Translations under genes and position numbers: made by a program
Notes under the pieces: generated by a model
What the model saw: only the letters and a program-made list of their open reading frames with translations
Told to the model about the DNA's origin: nothing
Databases searched by the model: none
Shown here: piece after piece, positions 55,511 to 64,000 of the stretch
Numbering within the stretch: the first letter of the stretch is position 1
Layout of the letters: every line of letters starts with the position of its first letter
DNA from: an uncultured Eubacteriales bacterium
GTDB lineage: Bacteria > Actinomycetota > Coriobacteriia > Anaerosomatales > JAAXUF01
Direction of reading: 5' to 3'
Length of the DNA: 64,000 nucleotides
Assembly: GCA_964521195.1 (NCBI GenBank)
Contig: CAZFRE010000001.1
Coordinates: forward strand, 334,317-398,316

Positions 55511-56722
55511 ATGCAGGCTCGCAAGTACGTGGTAGGCGGCGCGCTGGTCGCGCTCGCACTCACCGCCACGCTTCTCGGCGGATGTGGGGGCGGCAGCGCC
55601 CCGGCAGGCGAGGGGAGCGAGAAGGTCGTCAAGATCGGTATCGGCGCACCGCTCACGGCCGGTTCGGTCGCTCAGGGCCAGGGCATCCAGCGCGGCGTCG
55701 AACTCGCCGTCAAGCAGGCGAACGAGAGCGAGGAGCTCAAGGCGCTCAAGCTCAAGATCGAGACCGTCCCCGGCGACGACCAGGGTGACCCCAAGACAGG
55801 CGTCACCGTGGCCAACACCTTCACGTCGGATCGCTCGCTCGTGGCGGTCGTCGGCCACCTGAACTCGGGCGTCACGATCCCGGCCTCGAAGATCTACAAC
55901 CAGGCCAAGATCGCGATGATCTCGCCCGCAGCAACGAACCCTGCTCTCACCCTTCAGGGCCTGAACAACGTGTTCCGCGTCTGCACCATCGACTCGGTGC
56001 AGGGACCGACCGGCGCGGATGCAGCCTTCAACGAGGCTGGCGCCAAGAAGGTCGTCGTCATCGACGACTCGACGCCGTACGGCGAGGGACTTGCGTCGGA
56101 GTTCGCCAAGCAGTTCGCGGCCAACGGCGGCGAAGTCCTGTTCACCGAGAAGACCTCGGACAAGGACTCGGACTTCAACGCGCTCGTCACCAAGATCAAG
56201 GCTGCGGGCGCCGACCTGGTCTACTACGGCGGTACGTACAACGCCGGCGCGCTGCTGTCCAAGCAGATGTCTGAGTCTGGCGTGCAGGCGCCGCTCATGG
56301 GCGGCGACGGCCTGTTCGACGCGCAGTACGTGAAGCTCGCGAGCACCGACGCCGCGCAGGGCGACATGGTGACCTCGGTCGGCCTCCCGATCGACAAGCT
56401 TCCCAAGGGCCAGGAGTTCACGGCGGCCTACAAGGAGGCCTTCCCGAGTGAGGAGGTGGGCGCGTACGACGCGTACTCGTACGATGCCGCCAACACGCTC
56501 ATCGCCGCGATCGTGGCGGCCGCGAAGGAGAAGGGCGTTGACGCGCTCGTTCTGCCCGCCGGCCGCGATGCGATCATCGCCAACGTCGCCAAGACCGACA
56601 CCGAGGGCGTGACCGGCAAGATCTCGTTCGACGCCAACGGCGACACGACGAACAAGGCCATCACGGTCTACAAGATCGAGGGCGAGGAGTTCGTCCCGTT
56701 CGTGGTGCCCACCGCCAACTAA
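55511..56722 (+). CDS. second branched-chain amino-acid ABC substrate-binding lipoprotein (paralog)
   Basis: GGAGGAG upstream. Lipobox LGGC. Collinear with 50031..51254. Confidence 0.85.
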   Translation: MQARKYVVGGALVALALTATLLGGCGGGSAPAGEGSEKVVKIGIGAPLTAGSVAQGQGIQRGVELAVKQANESEELKALKLKIETVPGDDQGDPKTGVTVANTFTSDRSLVAVVGHLNSGVTIPASKIYNQAKIAMISPAATNPALTLQGLNNVFRVCTIDSVQGPTGADAAFNEAGAKKVVVIDDSTPYGEGLASEFAKQFAANGGEVLFTEKTSDKDSDFNALVTKIKAAGADLVYYGGTYNAGALLSKQMSESGVQAPLMGGDGLFDAQYVKLASTDAAQGDMVTSVGLPIDKLPKGQEFTAAYKEAFPSEEVGAYDAYSYDAANTLIAAIVAAAKEKGVDALVLPAGRDAIIANVAKTDTEGVTGKISFDANGDTTNKAITVYKIEGEEFVPFVVPTAN

Positions 56723-56750
56723 GGCTGGGGCACGTCAGGGCTCTTCCCGC

Positions 56751-56775
56751 GGGGCGCCTCGATCAGGGGCGCCCC
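56751..56775. terminator. hairpin between convergent genes
   Basis: ggggcgcc-tcgatcagg-ggcgcccc. Confidence 0.5.
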
Positions 56776-56798
56776 GCTCCCGCTATCGCGCGGGCGGG

Positions 56799-58103
56799 CT
56801 ACCCGCCCGCGAGGGCCTGCCGGGCTCGCGCGGTCGCGTCCGCGGCACGTGCCTCCGCAATGGTGTCACGCCGGAGCAGGGCGCCGTCGCGAACGCGCCA
56901 CACCCCGCCGCTCAGCACCGCACGGACCGTGTCTCGACCGGCGCTCGCGATGACCGACCGTTCCGCGTCGTCGTGCTGCCCAAGGGCGAAGACGGCCACG
57001 TCGGCCTGCATGCCGGGCGCCAACGCCCCGTAGCGGTCCCCCACGCCGAGAGCTCGAGCTCCGGTCGCTGTCGCCATTCGCAGCAGCGCCTCCGACGGAA
57101 GGCCCGGCTCCGCTGACGCGACCTCGCGCACCTCCGCCATCAGGTCGAGGTCGTGATTGCTTGCCGACGAGTCGGTCCCCACGCCCACCGCGACACCCGC
57201 CGACAAGAGCGGGGCCACCGCGGGGGGTGGGTTGTCGAGGTAGCGGTTGGAGCGCGGGCAGGTCACCACGCCTCGGGCGTGGCGGGCGACAAGGTCGCGG
57301 TCCGCATCCTCCAAGTGGCAGCAGTGGACAGCGGTAGCGTCGTCGAGCACACCGAGTGCGGCGAGGTAGGCGACCGTGGAGGTGCCGGGGGGCGCGAAGC
57401 CGTGCGCAGTGCGCGCGGCGACCTCGGCAAGCGGGCCGGTGCCGTCGCGAAGCAGCTGCGATTCGGCCGCGGACTCGGCCACGTGGATGGCGAAGGGTAC
57501 TCCGAGTTCGCACGCGCGCGCATGTACGGCGCGCAGCAGCGCCGGCCCGCTGGTGTATGGCGAGTGAGGCGAGAGCCCGGCGGTCACCCGGGCACCGTAC
57601 CCGTCGTGTGACGTCGGGTAGCGCAGGTAGGCGAGCTGCTCCCCGATCTGCTCGGCGTCCAGGCCGAGCAACTCCCAGTAGTAGACGCCGCCGAGTCCCG
57701 CCCGGCTCGCCGAGGCGACCTCGGCCGCGCCGTAGGCGATGTCGCCGACCACCGTCACCCCCGCAAGCAGGCACTCTTGGGCGCCTACGACCCCCGACGC
57801 CTCGTGGTCACCGATGTCCCAGGGCCCCATCGCCGAGACGAGTCGCGGCAGCCACTCGTGGAAAGGCGCCGGCGGCACCACACCCGAGAGCGCGGTCAGC
57901 GTGAGATGCGTGTGCGCGTTCACCAGGCCCGGCGTGATCGTGCAGCCGGGGAAGTGCACACGCTCGACGTCTGCGGCGGTCTCGGCATCCAGTGTGGCGC
58001 GTGCGCCGACCGCGGCGATCCGGTCGCCCTCGACGAGCACCGCGCCGTCGCGCAGCGGAGCCGAAACGACCGGGAGCACCCAGTCAGCCGAGATGAGCAG
58101 CAT
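56799..58103 (-). CDS. amidohydrolase-superfamily nucleoside deaminase (MtaD/DadD-like)
   Basis: PGLVNAHTHL.LT, ...HVAES..E, ...HC......D.. metal-ligand pattern. Confidence 0.7.
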   Translation of the reverse strand: MLLISADWVLPVVSAPLRDGAVLVEGDRIAAVGARATLDAETAADVERVHFPGCTITPGLVNAHTHLTLTALSGVVPPAPFHEWLPRLVSAMGPWDIGDHEASGVVGAQECLLAGVTVVGDIAYGAAEVASASRAGLGGVYYWELLGLDAEQIGEQLAYLRYPTSHDGYGARVTAGLSPHSPYTSGPALLRAVHARACELGVPFAIHVAESAAESQLLRDGTGPLAEVAARTAHGFAPPGTSTVAYLAALGVLDDATAVHCCHLEDADRDLVARHARGVVTCPRSNRYLDNPPPAVAPLLSAGVAVGVGTDSSASNHDLDLMAEVREVASAEPGLPSEALLRMATATGARALGVGDRYGALAPGMQADVAVFALGQHDDAERSVIASAGRDTVRAVLSGGVWRVRDGALLRRDTIAEARAADATARARQALAGG

Positions 58104-58106
58104 CGG

Positions 58107-58991
58107 CTACGACTCGCGCTCGTCGGGCAGGTTGAGCAGACTCGGCTTGCGGTACTCCATGCAGCCGCAGTCGGAGGCGAGGTCGGTGGCGGCGATGGCG
58201 TCGACGACGATGCGAGAGATCGTCTCGGACTCGTCGTAGAAGGCCGACTTCAGTTCCTCATGCGCCCAGTCTCGCACGATGCCCTCGCCGTAGTTGACCA
58301 CCAGGTAGATGCCGGCGAAGCAGGCACCGATGTCGCGCGCCAGGAAGACCTCGGGAGCGAGCGACTGACCGATGACATCGCCGCCGAGGCGCTTCATGTA
58401 GTCGACCTCGGCCGGCGATTCGAAGCGCGGGCCGTCCGTGACGAGATAGCTGCCGCGGCCGAAGACGCGTCCGAAGTCGGCAGCGCACGCGCCGCGGTAG
58501 AGGGTCGCAGCCATGTCGGGGCAGATGGGCTGGCGCATGATGAGCAGGTGGTCGCCTCGGACGTAGATGTCCTGCTTGATCGACAGGTCGATGAAGTCGT
58601 TGGGAATGACGACGTCGCGCGGGTCGAGCAGGTGATTCAGGCTGCCCACGCCGCCGTCCGCCAGCACCTTCCTGACGCCGGCCTCATGGAAGACCCAGAA
58701 CGCCTGCAGGGAAGCGTCGGCGCGCTTCACGCCGCGTCGCCAGCCGTGCATCTTGATGGCGAGAGCCTCGCGCGGGCCGCGCTCGCCGTCAACGCGGAAG
58801 TGCGTGAACGCCGGCGACCGCCCGAACGGCGTTTCGAAGACGAGGTCGGTCGCGAGCACGGTGACGCGCGGGTCGTTCAGGGCGGCGGGGAAGTCGAAAC
58901 TCAAGCTGCCGCTGCCGCCGCAGATGCCGAACTCGGCGCGCGGGATCGTCTGGTCGGGCACGGGTCCTCCTCGGTCCGGTCGTCGAGCCAA
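58107..58991 (-). CDS. MTAP-family purine nucleoside phosphorylase
   Basis: FGICGGSG...TPFG.S......H G......RA...A....GV..V....GVGSL.......D.V.P.DFID. Starts 4 nt from the deaminase. Confidence 0.65.
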   Translation of the reverse strand: MARRPDRGGPVPDQTIPRAEFGICGGSGSLSFDFPAALNDPRVTVLATDLVFETPFGRSPAFTHFRVDGERGPREALAIKMHGWRRGVKRADASLQAFWVFHEAGVRKVLADGGVGSLNHLLDPRDVVIPNDFIDLSIKQDIYVRGDHLLIMRQPICPDMAATLYRGACAADFGRVFGRGSYLVTDGPRFESPAEVDYMKRLGGDVIGQSLAPEVFLARDIGACFAGIYLVVNYGEGIVRDWAHEELKSAFYDESETISRIVVDAIAATDLASDCGCMEYRKPSLLNLPDERES

Positions 58992-58998
58992 GGCTACC

Positions 58999-60270
58999 CT
59001 ACTTGTGCATCGCGAGCATCTGACGCGTCCGGCTCCAGGCGAGGCGGAAGCTGCCCACTTGCAGCCAGTAGAGCACGTACGTGAGCCGCTTCATGACGAT
59101 CGCCGGCCAGCCGCTGACGTTGAGCCCGAACATCCAGCCCACGCCCCAGCGCGGGCCGATGCTCACGAACTCGCCGTGCATGTTGGGGACGAACGGCTTG
59201 GGCGTCTCGCCGCGGGCCTCGGCGATGATGTTGTCCGCGGCCTGCTCGGCCTCACGGATCGCGAACTGCGCGAGCATCGGGAGCACGCGGTTGTCGGCGG
59301 GGTCGCGGAAGGCCGCGACATCCCCGGTGGCGTAGATGGCCTCGCAGCCCGGCACCTTGAGGTCCGGGCCAACGATGATGCGGCCGGAGTTGTCGAAGTC
59401 GAGTCCCCAGTCGACCGCGTCGGGGTCGGCGTGCGCGCCGCCACACCACACGAGCGTCTCGGCGGGGACACAGCGGCCGGACTCCGTGTACGCGCAACCG
59501 GCCTCTACGCGGGAGAGCATCTCGCCGCACACCAGCTCGACGCCCATCCGCTCGAGCTGGCGCCGGGCACGGGAGCGCTGTGCCTCTGGAAGGTCGTACA
59601 GGATGTCGGGCCGGCCTTCGAGAAGGCACAGCTTGAGTTCGCGCGGGTCGTAGCCGGATCGCCTGATCATCTTGGGGAGGACCGCGGCGATGGTGCCGAT
59701 GATCTCGACGCCGGTGGCACCACCACCGACCACGGTGAAGCTCAGCGCTTGCCGACGCGCCGCGGGATCGGTGAGACTCGCAGCTCTGCGGAACTGTCGC
59801 TCGATGCGGCGCTGCAGGAGGAAGGCGTCCTCGACCGACCACATGGTGATCGCGTGATCCGCGAGTCCCGGCACGGGTGGCACGGACGCGACCGCACCGG
59901 TGGCGATCACGAGGCGCCAGTAGGGCACGGACGCGGTGGGGTCGTCCCGCGGGCCGAGGTCGACGGTCTGCTCGGCGGGGTGGACCGCCTCGAGCCGGTC
60001 GTAGCAGACGCTGATGGGGAGGTCGCGGAAGATCGACGCGTGCCACAACTCGGCGAACTGCGGCCGAGACGTACCGGCGGCCACGAGGTCGAGCTCGGAG
60101 AGCGCCTGCTGGAAGGGCCGCGGGTCCACGAGCACGATCTCGAGGTCGTCGGAGGGCCGCATCCGGTGCGCGAGCGTGGTGGCGAGTGTGATGCCCGCGT
60201 AGCCGCCGCCGGCGATGAGCACTCGGCGCGCGGCGGGGGAGCACAGCTCGGTGGTCTCGACAACCTTCAC
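58999..60270 (-). CDS. type II NADH dehydrogenase-like FAD oxidoreductase
   Basis: GTG at 60270 with GGGAGGG upstream. RVLIAGGGYAG, VVGGGATGVE, ATGD.A. Amphipathic C-terminal tail. Confidence 0.75.
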   Translation of the reverse strand: MKVVETTELCSPAARRVLIAGGGYAGITLATTLAHRMRPSDDLEIVLVDPRPFQQALSELDLVAAGTSRPQFAELWHASIFRDLPISVCYDRLEAVHPAEQTVDLGPRDDPTASVPYWRLVIATGAVASVPPVPGLADHAITMWSVEDAFLLQRRIERQFRRAASLTDPAARRQALSFTVVGGGATGVEIIGTIAAVLPKMIRRSGYDPRELKLCLLEGRPDILYDLPEAQRSRARRQLERMGVELVCGEMLSRVEAGCAYTESGRCVPAETLVWCGGAHADPDAVDWGLDFDNSGRIIVGPDLKVPGCEAIYATGDVAAFRDPADNRVLPMLAQFAIREAEQAADNIIAEARGETPKPFVPNMHGEFVSIGPRWGVGWMFGLNVSGWPAIVMKRLTYVLYWLQVGSFRLAWSRTRQMLAMHK

Positions 60271-60426
60271 TTCGGTAGTCCCTCCCAGGCAGGGTGTGAC
60301 GGCCTCGCGATTACGTATCGTTCCGACCATACGTCATCGGGAGGAGTTGTGCATAGAACGGGCCCCGCCGTGAATCGACGGGGCCCGTTGTCGTGCAGTT
60401 CAAGCGCCGACGTGCGGCGCTCGCGC

Positions 60427-61377
60427 TCAGGGCTGCTCGATGCGCAGCAGCACCCAGTCGAGCGCCGGGTCGTTCATCATCGTGCCGCAGTACGCGCACT
60501 TGACGTAGTTGCCGTCGGTGACCGGCCCACCGCAGTTCGGGCACTTCTGGATGGTCGCGTCGGACTTCGTCTGTGCACCCACCTTGCGCACGAGCGTCCA
60601 GAACTCGTCGAACGTCTTGGGGGTCTTGCCGTCACCGAGCACGTCCGGGTTCACGATCTGCCCGGTGCGCTCGTCGACGGTGTAGTCGATGACGGTAGCC
60701 GTGATCATGACCTTGACGTAGTCGGAGTCGCCCTCGCGGGTCACCGACACCGGCAAGATCTTGTCGATGTGGATGCTATCGAGCTTGTTGATCTGACCGT
60801 TGCGGACGTACTCGCCCACGCCACCCGCAAGCACGTCGAACTGCTGCTGCGAGAGGAAGCGACGGGCCGGCTCCATGTTGCGGGCCTCCCACGCCTTCTG
60901 GATCGCGAGGAACATCTCGTTGACGCGCCCGTAGAAAAGCTGCTCCGAGAAGGCCGGATCCGATGCCTTGAGCTCGTCGAAGCTTGCGGACGCCGCTGCG
61001 GCCGCGGCTGCGGCGCGCTCGTACATGCCTGCCTGTTCCGCGAGGTCCTCGGGGCTGATGCCCTTCTTCTTAAGCGACTGCAGAACGGCGAACACGACGA
61101 TGATGATGACGACGAGCCCTATGAAGCCGCAACAGCCACCACCGCCGACGCTACTGGCAGCCGCGCTGCCAAGGGCGACGCCGCCTGCCGCACTACCGAG
61201 GCTGCGACCGGAGCTGCTCGACCTTGAGCTGCTGCCTCCCGAGCGGCCCGGATTGCTCGTGTGCCCGCCTCCAGCACGCCCCAATGCGACGACAGGCACG
61301 AGCACCGCGACGACGAGAGCGGTGACGAGGAGTATCGCCCCGACTCGAATCCACGTGCGTCGGTTCATCGCCACCAC
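60427..61377 (-). CDS. membrane protein with Tim44-like domain and C-terminal zinc ribbon
   Basis: Two TM segments, Ser/Gly-rich loop, Tim44-like block (F...V...F..IQ.AW...........L......), and CPNCG...CAYCG. The start may be the Met at 61368. Confidence 0.65.
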   Translation of the reverse strand: MVAMNRRTWIRVGAILLVTALVVAVLVPVVALGRAGGGHTSNPGRSGGSSSRSSSSGRSLGSAAGGVALGSAAASSVGGGGCCGFIGLVVIIIVVFAVLQSLKKKGISPEDLAEQAGMYERAAAAAAAASASFDELKASDPAFSEQLFYGRVNEMFLAIQKAWEARNMEPARRFLSQQQFDVLAGGVGEYVRNGQINKLDSIHIDKILPVSVTREGDSDYVKVMITATVIDYTVDERTGQIVNPDVLGDGKTPKTFDEFWTLVRKVGAQTKSDATIQKCPNCGGPVTDGNYVKCAYCGTMMNDPALDWVLLRIEQP

Positions 61378-62529
61378 CTACTCCTGCTTGGTGCCGCATT
61401 CGGGACAGAACTTGGCGTCAGCAGCCAACTCCGCCCCGCAGTTCGCGCACGTCTTGGGCCCGAGGCCTGTGCCACACTCCTGGCAGAACTTCGCCCCCGG
61501 GGTGTTGGCTGCGCCGCACTTCGGGCACGCGACCGTCGCCTCGGCAGGAGCCGCGGGCGCCGCGGCGGCGGCTGCGGCGGCCGCCGGCGCGGCAGCAGCG
61601 GCCTGCTCGGCCTGAGCCGCGTCAGTGGCGGCCTGCTGCACCTGGCCGGACTGTATGCCGCCCGCGATGTTCTGCCCGATGCCGGCGCCCACGAACAGCC
61701 CAGCCATCGACGTGCCGTCGCCTCCCTGCGCCATACCCTCGGCGGCGCCGAACATCGCCTCGGTCTGCGCGGCGGCCATGTAGCGAGCATCGCCGGCGAG
61801 TCGCATCTTCGCCATGCGGTCCTTGAGCTCCAGCAGGCGTACGCGGTCCGCCTCGTCCATGTTGACGAGGAAGTCCTCGATGCGGGTGATCTGGAGGCCG
61901 AACGGCTCGAGGTAACCCGCGGCCGCGGCGACGATCGCCTGCTCGAACTCGAGCGTGTACATGCCGGACGTCACGTCGAGCAGCGACCATTGCTGGTCCT
62001 TCATCTGGCGATTGACGGTCGCCCGCAGGATCTTCGTGAGCTGGTCCTTGATCGCGTCGATGATGAAGTCGTTGCTCGTGATCGGCTGCGTGCCGATGAG
62101 GTTGAGGATCAGCTTCGCAGGATCGACGACCTTGAACACGAACTCGCCGAACACGCCGCACCGGACGACCTCACCGGTCCCCGGATCTTCGACTTCGCCC
62201 ATCGAGCCGCCGAACTTGTTGTTCGCGAACTCGCGGCTGGAGATGAAGTAGAGCTCGGCCATGAGCACATTGCCGCCGGTGAAGCTGTCGATCAGCCCGC
62301 CGAGGAATGGGATCTGCGCGCCGTCGAGCTTGTGCTGGCCGCCCTGGAGGTAGCCGACGACCGTGCCTTGCTTGATGAAGTACGCCCATTCGTCGGGCTG
62401 GACGGTGAGCACCGAGAGCATACGGATGTTCGTCTCGGGCCACTTGTAGATCACGAGATCCTTGCTCGAATCCGGGCGAGCTACGAACTGCTGTTGCACT
62501 TCGCCCTTCATGCCATCGAACAGTCCCAT
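61378..62529 (-). CDS. SPFH-domain protein (YdjI / COG4260-like) with Ala-rich linker and double zinc ribbon
   Basis: MGLFDGMKGE... N-terminus typical of the family. The C-terminus has CPKCG..N..GAKFCQECG...CANCG......KFCPECG. Confidence 0.7.
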   Translation of the reverse strand: MGLFDGMKGEVQQQFVARPDSSKDLVIYKWPETNIRMLSVLTVQPDEWAYFIKQGTVVGYLQGGQHKLDGAQIPFLGGLIDSFTGGNVLMAELYFISSREFANNKFGGSMGEVEDPGTGEVVRCGVFGEFVFKVVDPAKLILNLIGTQPITSNDFIIDAIKDQLTKILRATVNRQMKDQQWSLLDVTSGMYTLEFEQAIVAAAAGYLEPFGLQITRIEDFLVNMDEADRVRLLELKDRMAKMRLAGDARYMAAAQTEAMFGAAEGMAQGGDGTSMAGLFVGAGIGQNIAGGIQSGQVQQAATDAAQAEQAAAAAPAAAAAAAAAPAAPAEATVACPKCGAANTPGAKFCQECGTGLGPKTCANCGAELAADAKFCPECGTKQE

Positions 62530-62652
62530 AGCTCCACCCTTCACTCAGACGGACACAAGGCGTGCGACTCGCCGCTCGCGAGCTGCGGCGCGGTCACTTC
62601 AGGTGATTCCCATAACGGGAAGTGAATCGCGCCGGCCCGAGACGGTGTTTGG

Positions 62653-62919
62653 TCACGCCTTGCGCTTGATCGCGTAGCGCCAGACCAGCAGGACGACGAC
62701 GGCACCGGCGATCGAGCTCACGATCCCGCCGATTCGCAGGCTCAGGCCCTCGCCCAGGAGGAGGCTGCCCACAGTCCCGCCGAGAAGCGATCCGAGCGCA
62801 CCGGCGACCAATGCCTGCAGCCAGTCGGTGTTGCCGATTCCCTTGCCGCCCAGGATCATCTGGCCGACCCAGCCGATCGCCATACCCCACACGAGCGCAC
62901 CGATGATGAACAGTCCCAC
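62653..62919 (-). CDS. GlsB/YeaQ/YmgE-family (transglycosylase-associated) small membrane protein
   Basis: GTG at 62919 with GGAGG upstream. GlsB/YeaQ/YmgE-type blocks read directly: IIGALVWGMAIGWVGQ...LVAGALGSLLGG...GGIVSSIAGAVVVLL. Confidence 0.7.
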   Translation of the reverse strand: MGLFIIGALVWGMAIGWVGQMILGGKGIGNTDWLQALVAGALGSLLGGTVGSLLLGEGLSLRIGGIVSSIAGAVVVLLVWRYAIKRKA

Positions 62920-63063
62920 GGCGTATTCCTCCCCAACGTCATGTCTGAACGTGCGGGGCAATCATAGCGTATGCGGCCTTGCCGAACGGCAGCCGGCAGA
63001 CCGTGTGCGACAATGCGGACCGGGGGTTCAGCCAGCACGATCCGGCCCGCGAGAAGGGGAGCG

Positions 63064-64000
<937 letters not shown>

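Noticed and set aside
58753-61227. An 824-aa plus-strand ORF, the longest unexplained ORF in the right part of the window.
   Set aside because: It runs antisense across three well-supported minus-strand genes (MTAP-like, NDH-2, Tim44-like). It has shadow-ORF composition (R/G/A/D/H-rich) and no motifs.

Overview
High-GC (roughly two-thirds G+C by eye) chromosomal segment. It looks like an anaerobic or facultative Gram-positive-type bacterium, probably Actinomycetota-like; the taxon cannot be fixed from sequence alone. I call about 64 densely packed protein genes. GGAGG-type ribosome-binding sites, frequent GTG starts and 1-4 nt stop/start overlaps are common. I saw no rRNA, tRNA, CRISPR, transposase, integrase or phage genes. 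All homology calls come from motif recognition by eye, with no database search.

Content from left to right:
- Exported cell-envelope proteins: tandem secreted paralogs, an L,D-transpeptidase, an NlpC/P60 hydrolase, an M14 peptidase and a GH30-ricin protein.
- Two giant secreted metalloproteases with different catalytic heads on the same ~540-aa Ig-repeat stalk.
- cls, a nine-CxxCH multihaem cytochrome with a surface-type Ig domain, and glpK.
- A translationally coupled Cys-motif membrane operon with a NapH-like polyferredoxin, followed by a MerA/RclA-like flavoprotein.
- HD-GYP, crcB, an Lrp-family regulator and a CcmC-like membrane protein.
- Cobalamin riboswitch -> nrdD (apparently split, with the glycyl-radical loop on a separate 63-aa ORF) -> nrdG.
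- A second cobalamin riboswitch -> btuFCD-like transporter.
- A glutaredoxin-like protein plus a ferredoxin:thioredoxin-reductase-catalytic-domain::Rieske fusion.
- A two-component system plus a MacAB-like efflux module.
- cysK and an Rrf2 regulator, then livJHMGF with a second livJ.
- A deaminase/MTAP-like pair, NDH-2, an SPFH/Tim44-like zinc-ribbon pair, and a partial nhaA.

Best candidates for undescribed biology:
- The surface-protein family sharing an unrecognised small module, taken together with the multihaem cytochrome and polyferredoxin genes.
- The Grx + FTRc-Rieske pair.
- The split NrdD.
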